Source of the DNA: Thermoprotei archaeon
GTDB lineage: Archaea > Thermoproteota > Thermoprotei > Gearchaeales > Gearchaeaceae
DNA length: 64,000 nucleotides
Assembly (NCBI GenBank): GCA_017857595.1
Contig: JAFMCU010000001.1
Span: 74,497-138,496, forward strand
Direction of reading: 5' to 3'
Shown here: in pieces, positions 39,491-48,172 of the stretch
Numbering within the stretch: the first letter of the stretch is position 1
Layout: each line of letters starts with the position of its first letter
The notes under the pieces: model-generated
Databases searched by the model: none
What the model was told of the DNA's origin: nothing
Seen by the model: only the letters and a program-made list of their open reading frames with translations
Program-made: the position numbers and the translations under genes

Positions 39491-40284
39491 TACATAATTA
39501 CTTTCTTTATATAATTTCCTAGTTCTAAATTTTTTGAGACTAAAAAAGCTAATCTTTTGTTTGTAAATATATTCAGATTTTCCAAATCTTCATCTAGTAA
39601 TTCAACGTATCCGCCAGCAAATTTAATCAATAAAAGTCCAGCAGCAATATCGAGAAATCTAATTCTTTTAAAGGGTACAATGAATGCATCAGTTATGCCA
39701 ACTGCAACATACGCTAATTCAAGTGCTAAAGAGCCTAAAAATCTTAGGTATCTAAAATTTTTAAACAATTTTAAAATAATATCGATTTTTGGATCATTGA
39801 CATCGATTACTTTTAAATCTGTACCAGCAACAATTTCGCTGTAATCTAACTTATCTTTTCTTTGAACTTCAACATTGTTAAAATAAACTTTATTGCAATC
39901 TGTTAAAAACAAATCTCCATTTGCTAAATTAATTATGCCTGCAGCTATCGCATCTTTAAACTTTTCACCGTTAAATATAGCTATGGATGAAGCAAAGAAA
40001 GGTATTCCTCTTAATGCGTTTATACTTCCATCAACAGGATCTATTATCGCGTTCAAATTACCTTTGTTAAATTCAATTAAGCCTGATTCCTCAGTAAGAA
40101 CACAATTTACATGATCTTTAAGTCTATTTAAAATCGTATTTTCTACTTCTTTATCAAAATAAATTGTTACATCTTGTCCGAAACCTATCGATAATCTTTT
40201 TGAAAAATTTTTATCACTTTTAACCTTATCAAATGTTTTTTTCGCATCTATCAAAGCTTCTTTTATTAATTGAATGTTAAGCAT
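39490..40284 (-). CDS. Inositol monophosphatase / fructose-1,6-bisphosphatase family protein
   Basis: LTEESG, IIDPVDGSINA and LDIAAGLLLIKFAGG are the IMPase metal-binding motifs. Confidence 0.8.
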   Translation of the reverse strand: MLNIQLIKEALIDAKKTFDKVKSDKNFSKRLSIGFGQDVTIYFDKEVENTILNRLKDHVNCVLTEESGLIEFNKGNLNAIIDPVDGSINALRGIPFFASSIAIFNGEKFKDAIAAGIINLANGDLFLTDCNKVYFNNVEVQRKDKLDYSEIVAGTDLKVIDVNDPKIDIILKLFKNFRYLRFLGSLALELAYVAVGITDAFIVPFKRIRFLDIAAGLLLIKFAGGYVELLDEDLENLNIFTNKRLAFLVSKNLELGNYIKKVIM

Positions 40285-40319
40285 TAATGTTCAATTTTAA
40301 TAACAAGTCTATAAATTTC

Positions 40320-41237
40320 TTAAGTTATTTGCTCCAGAATTCTAAGTATATTTTTTGAAGTTTCATTCCTTTCTACACCCATTGGTAATCCCAATATCAA
40401 AAGGTCTATGTTTAAACTGAGAATTTCTTCAATTCTCCTTTTAGAATTTTCGATATCTCCACATATAACAAGCTTTTTTACCTCATCCGCATCGAGCATA
40501 TTTCTGGCCTCATCGATTTTTCCTTCGATAATTAAATTTCTAATACGATTTCTTTTTTCTAAATCCAAATCGTACATTTTTAAGGCTGAATCTGAGATAC
40601 CTGAATAAATTATCGCTGCACTTTTCCTTGCATTTTTAATTGCTTTTTCTTCTTCATCTAAAATATAAGCTTGTGATATAACAAATTTCTTAAAATTTTG
40701 CTTCGTATTGCCTAAAATGTTGATAGCTTTGTTTATGTGATCTGGAAATGAGATGTTAAAAATAATTCCATCTGAATTTTCTTTAGCAATTTTTATCATT
40801 CTTGCTCCTTGAGCCCCGATAAATATTGGTATTCTTGCATTCGTTGAGTTGAATTTCTCTTTAATGATATTCATACCTAGTAGCAATTTTTTTATCGCAT
40901 CTTTAATTGAAATTCTATTTTTTTCCAACAATTCCCAATCTCCTGTACCCAAGCCTAAGAAAATATTGTCAAAAATTTTGTATATATTAAGGTAAAATTC
41001 TGCAATTTCTAAAGGTTTATGCGTTATAAAGTTTGTTACAGCAGTTCCTAGCATCAAATCTTTTTCCTTTATCTGAGAAACTTTTTCAAATAGTGGTATA
41101 AAATCATATCCTCGATGGAAATCGCTAAATGTAAACTTATTTATTCCATTTTTTAAAAATTTTAGAACTAGTTCAAAATCTAGGTTAATGTTTTTTGTTG
41201 GGATAATTGATATTCCTATTTTTCTCTTGTTTATCAT
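40320..41237 (-). CDS. Luciferase-like (LLM-class, Mer/F420-dependent-type) flavin oxidoreductase
   Basis: LGTAVTNFITHKPLEIAE and FLGLGTGDWELLE fit the LLM pattern. I start at the internal ATG 41237 (MINKRKIGISIIP...), because the track start at 41282 would overlap the divergent OsmC gene start. Confidence 0.6.
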   Translation of the reverse strand: MINKRKIGISIIPTKNINLDFELVLKFLKNGINKFTFSDFHRGYDFIPLFEKVSQIKEKDLMLGTAVTNFITHKPLEIAEFYLNIYKIFDNIFLGLGTGDWELLEKNRISIKDAIKKLLLGMNIIKEKFNSTNARIPIFIGAQGARMIKIAKENSDGIIFNISFPDHINKAINILGNTKQNFKKFVISQAYILDEEEKAIKNARKSAAIIYSGISDSALKMYDLDLEKRNRIRNLIIEGKIDEARNMLDADEVKKLVICGDIENSKRRIEEILSLNIDLLILGLPMGVERNETSKNILRILEQIT

Positions 41238-41267
41238 TAAAAATTTATTTCCTGAAATGCTATAAGG

Positions 41268-41798
41268 ATGAATATGTCCCAAAAGATAAACGGTGTTGAT
41301 TTAAATGGCTTAAATCAAATCTTAAATGAAATTTCGAAGGAAAAAGATAAAGCTAAAGAATTAAGTTTGTGGAGAGTAAGGTTAAGATGGTTAGGAGGTT
41401 TCAAGACAAGAGCTTATATGAGAAGACATTCAATCGATATCGATGAACCGGCCGACCTTGCAGGCATAGATACTGCACAGAATGCAGTTGAAACTTTACT
41501 TGCATCTTTAGGAGCATGTATTGCTACAACGTTTATTTTATTTGCAACAAGTAAAGGCATAAAGATTGAAAATCTTGAATTAGCAATAGAGGGTCAACTT
41601 GATAATGTTCTTGTTTTTTTAGGATTAGAAAAGGAAGGCAATCCAGGATTTAAAAGCATTGAAATACTTGCATATATAAGAACGGAAGCTGAACAAAAAG
41701 TTATTGAAGATTTGTTCATTGAAGCTATGAAATCTTCCCCGGTCTTTAATACATTAACAAGGGGGGCTCAAATTAACCACAAAATTAAAATATTCTAA
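41268..41798 (+). CDS. OsmC-family protein, paralogue 1
   Basis: NAVETLLASLGACIATTF (OsmC Cys motif), 176 aa. The second conserved CP motif is SP (KSSPVFNTL). Confidence 0.75.
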   Translation: MNMSQKINGVDLNGLNQILNEISKEKDKAKELSLWRVRLRWLGGFKTRAYMRRHSIDIDEPADLAGIDTAQNAVETLLASLGACIATTFILFATSKGIKIENLELAIEGQLDNVLVFLGLEKEGNPGFKSIEILAYIRTEAEQKVIEDLFIEAMKSSPVFNTLTRGAQINHKIKIF

Positions 41799-41858
41799 GC
41801 TTAAATAAGAATAAAAAATTAATGGTATTTATTAATTGATAGGTCAACTTGATTTTTA

Positions 41859-42389
41859 ATGGGAAAAGTAATTAATGGTCTAGATGTTGAATCACTAAAA
41901 TCTCTAATAGAAGAAGCAAAGAAAAATCAAGAATTTGTCCAAAAAATAAATAAATGGTATGCAAGAGTAAGATGGGCTGGTTCAGGATTCACATTTAATT
42001 CATATGTAAGAAATCACTCATTTACGATATCAGAACCTTCAGAATTAGGAGGTCCAGATAAGGGTCCTAATGCAGTTGAATATGTAATTTCTGCATTGGG
42101 CGCATGCTATTCCACAGGATTTATATTAAATGCTACTAAAAGAGGTATTAGCATTAAGAATTTAGAAGTAGCGATTGAAGGCGAAATAGATAATATTCTT
42201 GTTTTCCTAGGATTATCAAATGAAGGTCATCCTGGTTATAGAAAGATAATTGCAAAGGCTTATGTTGAAGCCGATTGTGACGAAAAATTAGTAAAAGAAA
42301 TTTGGGAAGAAACGGTAAGGACTTCTCCTGTTGGAAATACATTAGCTCGAAATGTGGAAATTGTTCCACAAATTAGCTTAATCAAATGA
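41859..42389 (+). CDS. OsmC-family protein, paralogue 2
   Basis: NAVEYVISALGACYSTGF, 176 aa, colinear with paralogue 1 (for example AIEGQLDNVLVFLGLEKEGNPG versus AIEGEIDNILVFLGLSNEGHPG). Confidence 0.75.
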   Translation: MGKVINGLDVESLKSLIEEAKKNQEFVQKINKWYARVRWAGSGFTFNSYVRNHSFTISEPSELGGPDKGPNAVEYVISALGACYSTGFILNATKRGISIKNLEVAIEGEIDNILVFLGLSNEGHPGYRKIIAKAYVEADCDEKLVKEIWEETVRTSPVGNTLARNVEIVPQISLIK

Positions 42390-42426
42390 ATCTAAACTTT
42401 AAATTTATTACACAAGAAGTTTAATC

Positions 42427-43587
42427 ATGGATAAAATATTTCCTGTTACTGTTGTTGGAAGTTGGCCTAGACCTAAATGGTTACTTGATGCGTTAAGAAG
42501 AAAAAGGGAAGGAAAGATCAGCGATGAAGAATTTCAAGCTATTGCAGATGAAGCTGTTCTAATAGCAATTAAATATCAAGAGGATGCTGGAGTTGATATA
42601 ATATCTGATGGTGAACAAAGAAGGGATAATTTCTATTCATTCGTTGCTGATAAAATAGAAGGGGTCGAACTTAAAACTGTAGCAGAGTTTATTGATTTTG
42701 CTGAAGATAAGGCTGCTTTCGAAGAATTATTAAGGAAGTTAGATGTACCAGCATTCTCAATAAGAACACCTATTGTTACTAATTTTATTAAGAAGAAGAC
42801 TCCTATAGCTTTGAATGAAGCAAAATTTCTAAAGGAGCATACAAATAAGAAGATAAAAGTAGCTCTTCCTGGACCATACCTTTTAACTCGATCTTCTTGG
42901 ATTAAAGGAATATCAGACAAATATTATAAAAGAAAGGAAGATTTAGCTGAAGAATTTTCAAAAATATTAAGAGAAGAAATAAAGCTTTTAAGAGATAATG
43001 GAGTTGATTTCGTACAACTTGATGAACCTGTTCTTATGGAAGTACTTTATGGTCCTGAGTTAAGTGTTCAGACATTTATGTGCGCAGCTCTGACAGCTAA
43101 AGAAAATCCTAGAGATGAATTAAGATTTGCATTAGATATACTAAACAAAACAGTTGAAGGAATATCAGGTGTTAGGTTGGGTGTACATATTTGTAGAGGA
43201 AATTGGAGCAAGTCAGAAGATGCACAATTAAAAGGAGATTATTATCCTTTGCTTCCTTTCCTACTTGACATGAAAGTAAATCAATATGTTCTTGAATTTG
43301 CAACAAAAAGAGCTGGATCCATAGATGTATTTAAAGATTATCCCACTGAAAAAGAGATAGGTTTAGGCGTTGTCAATCCTAAAACAGATGAAGTTGAAAA
43401 ACCAGAAGATATTATTAACTTTGTAGAAAAGGCATTAAATTATTTTAAACCTGAAAGAATCTTTCTCAACCCTGATTGTGGATTTGGAACCTTTGCTGAA
43501 TCTCCAGTAAATACACCAAAAGTATCTTTCTTAAAATTAAAAAGTATAAGCAAAGCTGCATCTATTTTAAGAGAAAAATATCATTAA
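42427..43587 (+). CDS. Cobalamin-independent methionine synthase family protein (MetE catalytic-domain homologue)
   Basis: TVVGSWPRPKWL, ISDGEQRRDNFY, VQLDEP, HICRGN and NPDCGF (Zn ligands His/Cys). Confidence 0.8.
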   Translation: MDKIFPVTVVGSWPRPKWLLDALRRKREGKISDEEFQAIADEAVLIAIKYQEDAGVDIISDGEQRRDNFYSFVADKIEGVELKTVAEFIDFAEDKAAFEELLRKLDVPAFSIRTPIVTNFIKKKTPIALNEAKFLKEHTNKKIKVALPGPYLLTRSSWIKGISDKYYKRKEDLAEEFSKILREEIKLLRDNGVDFVQLDEPVLMEVLYGPELSVQTFMCAALTAKENPRDELRFALDILNKTVEGISGVRLGVHICRGNWSKSEDAQLKGDYYPLLPFLLDMKVNQYVLEFATKRAGSIDVFKDYPTEKEIGLGVVNPKTDEVEKPEDIINFVEKALNYFKPERIFLNPDCGFGTFAESPVNTPKVSFLKLKSISKAASILREKYH

Positions 43588-43593
43588 TTTTTA

Positions 43594-44979
43594 TTGAAAT
43601 CTAACAATAAAAAAGAAGAATTATTAGATGTAGCTATCATTGGAGGAGGAATAGTAGGCACTTCTTTATTATTTACTTTAGCTAATTTTACAGGTGTAAA
43701 AAGAATTGCCTTATTCGAAAAAAATAAAGAATTAGGTCAAGGAAATTCAAATTATCGAAATAATAGCAAAACATTACATGAAGGTTTTGCAGAGACAAAT
43801 TATTCCTTAGAAAAAATGAAGAGAATGAAAATAGCTGGTATTTTATTTAGGGGATATTTAAGGAGATCTAAAGTGATAAAAGAAGGATTAATTAGAAAAG
43901 AAGAAGTCTTTAGTGAAGTTCCTTTCTTTGTTTTAGCTATAAATGAAGAAATTGATCTTCTTGAAACTAAATACGAGCAAATTAAAAATCTTTTTCCAGA
44001 AGTTAAATTATTGAATAGAAAAGAGATATTTAATTTAGAACCAAATATTGTTAAAGGAAGGAATAAAAATGAAAGGATAGAAGCTATATTTAAAGAAAAT
44101 GGGCTTGCGCTAAATTTCGGAAACATAGCTAAGACGTTAGCACAGGATTCTTTAATCAAAGATAAAGATATAAAAATTCTTAAAAATCAAGAAATAAATG
44201 AGATAAAAGATAGAGATGATTATTTCGAATTAAAGACAAACGGCAATTTATTTTATAGCAAATTTGTTTATGTTTCATCTTCAGCGAATAGCTTTTATTT
44301 CGCTAAAAAAATGGGTTTCTTGGAGAATTTCTCTCTTCTAAATATAAGAGGAAATTATTATTCCTATCCGCCTGTAATAAATAGCAAAGTTTATAGGGTT
44401 CAAATTGAGAAGATTCCTTTTGTTCAAATACATGCTGATCCAAACCCTTTTTTAAAGAATAAATCCGTAGAATTCGGACCTACTGCTGAAATAATTTTAT
44501 CAAATGAATATGCAAAAGATTTTGATCTAAATTATATTTATAATTATTTAATTAAAGATAAAGATACGATATATTCTATCATTAATATATTTAAAGATTC
44601 AGATATAAGAAAATTTATTTTTAAGAATGTCTTGTATCGATTTCCTAAAGTAGGAAAATGGTTATTTGCAATTGAAGCAAAGAAGATAGTTCCTAAATTA
44701 AATGTTGATTATTTGGAATTTAACAAAGGTGGTATCAGACCTCAACTAGTAGATAATTCTCAAGCTAAATTGGTATTAGGAGAGAAGCAATTTGCTTTTA
44801 ATAACATTATGTTTGCTATAACTCCTTCTCCGGGTGCCAGCGCTTCAATTTTAAATAGCATCGAGAGTTCGAACTATATTTGTAAACAATTGGATGTTAA
44901 ATTTAATATCGATGATTTATTGAACTATTTTAAATTAGAAGTCGAACAAATAAAAGATATTAAATTAAACTTCTTATAG
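43594..44979 (+). CDS. FAD-dependent oxidoreductase, malate:quinone oxidoreductase-like
   Basis: DVAIIGGGIVGTS dinucleotide fold, followed by FEKNKELGQGNSNYRNNSKTLHEGFAETNYS, which parallels the Mqo pattern fE.l....S...NNAGTGHSalCElNY. TTG start. Confidence 0.55.
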   Translation: MKSNNKKEELLDVAIIGGGIVGTSLLFTLANFTGVKRIALFEKNKELGQGNSNYRNNSKTLHEGFAETNYSLEKMKRMKIAGILFRGYLRRSKVIKEGLIRKEEVFSEVPFFVLAINEEIDLLETKYEQIKNLFPEVKLLNRKEIFNLEPNIVKGRNKNERIEAIFKENGLALNFGNIAKTLAQDSLIKDKDIKILKNQEINEIKDRDDYFELKTNGNLFYSKFVYVSSSANSFYFAKKMGFLENFSLLNIRGNYYSYPPVINSKVYRVQIEKIPFVQIHADPNPFLKNKSVEFGPTAEIILSNEYAKDFDLNYIYNYLIKDKDTIYSIINIFKDSDIRKFIFKNVLYRFPKVGKWLFAIEAKKIVPKLNVDYLEFNKGGIRPQLVDNSQAKLVLGEKQFAFNNIMFAITPSPGASASILNSIESSNYICKQLDVKFNIDDLLNYFKLEVEQIKDIKLNFL

Positions 44980-45777
44980 TTCAATCTCACCGCCACTATT
45001 TATCCAATCTAAAAATGATTCTAAGTAAACTTTTGTTTTAAGGTTAGGATACAAATTTTCCAATAAATAATAAAGATACGTAGCCATTGGTCCAGAACTG
45101 CAATAAACAATTATTTCTTTATCTTTTTCTAAAAGCCTCTCCAGTTTTGACTTAATTTTTTCTTCATTAAATTCATAGGGTCTTTCTTCAACAAATTCCA
45201 GAAAAGGAACATTTACACTGCCAGGTATTCTTCCTTTCTTAGGTAAAGTTGTTTCTAAACCTTTGAATTCTTCTTCTCTTCTTGCATCTATTATTATATA
45301 TTTATTCTGCTTTAATACAGATTTTACAAACTCGAAATCAGCTTTAATTTCTCTGTTTAAGTTTATTTCAAAATTTGCCTTTTTAGGCTGAACTATTCCT
45401 TTTTCGACAGGATAATTGAGCTGAATCCATTTTTCAATACCTCCTTCGAGAATTTCAACTTTTTTATGCCCAAGATATTTTAAAACGAAATATAAGTAGC
45501 TTGCATTCGTAATTGAGTATAAATCACAGTAGATTATAGTTTCTATACTTGAATCTATTCCATTTTTAGATAAAACTTTAGCTAATTCCTCTTCATTTTT
45601 TAGAAAAGAAGGCAGATTTTCTTCATGCCTAGTAAGATCCCAGACATAAAACCAAATGGAATTTGGAATATGTTCTCTTATGTACTTGCTGAATGGTCTA
45701 ACATCAACTATGATTATTTCTTCTTTATTTTGAATTTTCTTCAGAAGTTGGTCAGGAGAAATTAAAGACATTAACAT
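44974..45777 (-). CDS. Tandem-rhodanese sulfurtransferase
   Basis: Two rhodanese repeats. The C-terminal one has an active-site loop VYCSSGPMA; the N-terminal one is degenerate (IYCDLYSITNA). Confidence 0.8.
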   Translation of the reverse strand: MLMSLISPDQLLKKIQNKEEIIIVDVRPFSKYIREHIPNSIWFYVWDLTRHEENLPSFLKNEEELAKVLSKNGIDSSIETIIYCDLYSITNASYLYFVLKYLGHKKVEILEGGIEKWIQLNYPVEKGIVQPKKANFEINLNREIKADFEFVKSVLKQNKYIIIDARREEEFKGLETTLPKKGRIPGSVNVPFLEFVEERPYEFNEEKIKSKLERLLEKDKEIIVYCSSGPMATYLYYLLENLYPNLKTKVYLESFLDWINSGGEIEL

Positions 45778-46634
45778 AGTTTTCTACTAGCAAATTTAAT
45801 TCTGCTTACTAATTCTTTAGAATTATTTAAATCAAAACCGATTTTGTTTAGTGTATTTTCGATCATAGTATCTATCATCTTATAAAAATTGAAAAGTCCT
45901 TTTTCTACTATTTCTAAATCCTTTGTTTTAATCAAAGATATTAAAGCATACAACGATTCTTTTAAGTTTCTTTCAGATATTGCAGAGGATAAAATAAGTA
46001 ATTCTGAACCCATAACTGATTCTAGGATTTCTTGATCTTTTATTTGATGATTTTTAATGTAATTTTGTAGATATATCAAATTAATGGTATCATTTATTTG
46101 ATATTCTTTTAACAAAGTACCTAAGTTTCTTGCTTCATCATATGTTGAATAATTCGAAATGAATTCAAATAAGGCTTTGTAAATATTCTCTAAATAAATT
46201 TTTAGTGTCAAGAATATTTTTGACGTGCTGAAATCTTTACAAGCTGAGGTGCCAAGTTCAATACCTACAGAACCCAATGCAGTTATTTTATTTTTCATAG
46301 CGAATGAATCAATTGAGCTTATCAATTTCATTTCCTTTTTAATTAAACCTAATTCGCAGATTTTTACAGCCTCATCAAAATTTACATCCTCGATGACTTT
46401 TTTTCTTAATATTGCCTTGCATTTATTGAATTGATATAAATATGCCAAGGATTGGCCGAATTCATCTATTAAATTATATCTCTTAGAGACATCAAATAGA
46501 CTTTCAAGAATGCTTATTGTTTCATTGTCGTATGAATGCTCTTCTTTATAATAGCTTAAATTTTCAAAGCTAGAAGAATATATTTCAATTTTTATCCAAT
46601 TTGAAGTTGTTAAAAAGTCTTCTTGAATATTCAT
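45771..46634 (-). CDS. Hypothetical all-helical protein
   Basis: ORF only, 287 aa. A 7-nt overlap with the rhodanese gene start suggests co-transcription. Confidence 0.45.
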   Translation of the reverse strand: MNIQEDFLTTSNWIKIEIYSSSFENLSYYKEEHSYDNETISILESLFDVSKRYNLIDEFGQSLAYLYQFNKCKAILRKKVIEDVNFDEAVKICELGLIKKEMKLISSIDSFAMKNKITALGSVGIELGTSACKDFSTSKIFLTLKIYLENIYKALFEFISNYSTYDEARNLGTLLKEYQINDTINLIYLQNYIKNHQIKDQEILESVMGSELLILSSAISERNLKESLYALISLIKTKDLEIVEKGLFNFYKMIDTMIENTLNKIGFDLNNSKELVSRIKFASRKLC

Positions 46635-46665
46635 TACATCTAATTTTAATTATAAAGCATTTAAA

Positions 46666-47085
46666 TCATACATATTGTTCCTGCGATAAATTAAAATATT
46701 TCTTTATAATATCGCTTACCTCTTTCTCATATAAAACATCGACACCTCTAAAGCATAAAAACTCAAGAACGTTGTTAGATGTATTTATTATTTGATGTGG
46801 CTCATTCGCTTTAATAAAAATAACATCCTTTTCTTTAATTTTTTCCATTTTAGGCATATTATTTTGTATTGTTAGTATAGAGCCTTCACCTTTTGTAACA
46901 ATTATGATATGTTCATAATTATGTACATCATAAGGTGTCATTCCTCCTGGTTGTACTTCATAATATCTTAAATAAAACCTATGAGAGCCATGAGAACTAT
47001 CTATGAGCTCTTTTCTCTTAACTTTAAATGCTCCCCTTTCATTAAACTCTTTAAAATTGGCTCGCTCTATATTTACTATAATCAT
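46666..47085 (-). CDS. Cupin-domain protein
   Basis: GGMTPYDVHNYEHIIIVTKGEG and ANEPHQIIN form a two-motif cupin signature. Confidence 0.65.
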   Translation of the reverse strand: MIIVNIERANFKEFNERGAFKVKRKELIDSSHGSHRFYLRYYEVQPGGMTPYDVHNYEHIIIVTKGEGSILTIQNNMPKMEKIKEKDVIFIKANEPHQIINTSNNVLEFLCFRGVDVLYEKEVSDIIKKYFNLSQEQYV

Positions 47086-47116
47086 AAGAATATAATCTTC
47101 TATACCTTATATAGTG

Positions 47117-48034
47117 TTAAATTTTCAAGAATGTAACAAAACTTAAAAAAAGCACAGCTGCTAATAAATCTGCTGTTGTACCAGCATTTATATTAGACTG
47201 CAAATATGTTTCCTTAAATTCAGCAGCTACTGTTATCACATCTTCTCCTTTCTCTATTCTTTTGTAATAATGTTCTGCATTTTTTCTTACCGTTTCTGCA
47301 ATATTATAGCCAAATTTCCTATAAATATGAGAATCTATTCTTCTACTTAGCATCCAAATGAATGTTTTCAAAGCAGAAGAATTTAAATTATTATAGTTCT
47401 CAAGGGCTTTTTTAAAAAAGGGATAATTTTCGTTAAAAGTTAAACTATAGTCGTTGCAATATTCATATGCTATCCAATCAAAGTTTTGTGAATTTCGCAT
47501 TAACATTTTAACATTTGCATTATCTTTCTTAATTTCATCCTCCCAATCTTCCTTCAGTATATCATACTTATCAACTTTAATAAGCCAACTTGGCCTATTT
47601 TCTAGAATTGCTTTACAAATCCAAATCGAATCTATATACGTTGTTGAATTGAGTATCGATTTAACATTTTCTTTAACATCTTCCACAATTACTTCATCTT
47701 TATATTGAAGGCTTTTTGCAGTTGCTGTAATTAACGGAATTAAAAGCATTATTGTTCCGAGACTGGTATTTTTTCCTGATTGAAATTTAAGCATTGCACT
47801 TGTTGCTTCATAAATTCTTTTACCTATATTTTGTCTATTCTTTAATCCATCCAAAATTGCATCCAGATAAGAAATAGAAACATAAGACGTTGTAGCCAAA
47901 AAATTTTCAAATTTTACGTTTTTTAAAGCCGTGAACCTATCAACATTTAATGGTTTTGGGAAAGTACTTACTTCAATTAACATACTAAGTAAAGCTGAAC
48001 CTAAAATCAGTCTAATCTTTTCCTTTTTTTTCAT
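47117..48034 (-). CDS. Triphosphoribosyl-dephospho-CoA synthase (CitG/MdcB)-family protein
   Basis: GKNTSLGTIMLLIPL and GTTADLLAAVLFL resemble the CitG motifs (NTNLG.iLL..PL; GTsADL.a..lFl). Confidence 0.6.
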   Translation of the reverse strand: MKKKEKIRLILGSALLSMLIEVSTFPKPLNVDRFTALKNVKFENFLATTSYVSISYLDAILDGLKNRQNIGKRIYEATSAMLKFQSGKNTSLGTIMLLIPLITATAKSLQYKDEVIVEDVKENVKSILNSTTYIDSIWICKAILENRPSWLIKVDKYDILKEDWEDEIKKDNANVKMLMRNSQNFDWIAYEYCNDYSLTFNENYPFFKKALENYNNLNSSALKTFIWMLSRRIDSHIYRKFGYNIAETVRKNAEHYYKRIEKGEDVITVAAEFKETYLQSNINAGTTADLLAAVLFLSFVTFLKI

Positions 48035-48172
48035 TAAATTTTATTTATCCATTTAATTATAAATACAAAAATTTTTCAAATTTTGATGATTATTAGTTTA
48101 TTAATTCTATTTTATTCAATTTTAATCAAACATAATATTTTTAAATTATAGAACCATTTAATATTAATTGTA

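Noticed and set aside
41238-41282. Head-to-head overlap of the LLM oxidoreductase (track start 41282) with the OsmC gene start (41268).
   Set aside because: Divergent genes overlapping at their 5' ends are unlikely. The internal ATG at 41237 gives a start (MINKRKIGISIIP) consistent with the family N-terminus and restores a 30-nt intergenic spacer.
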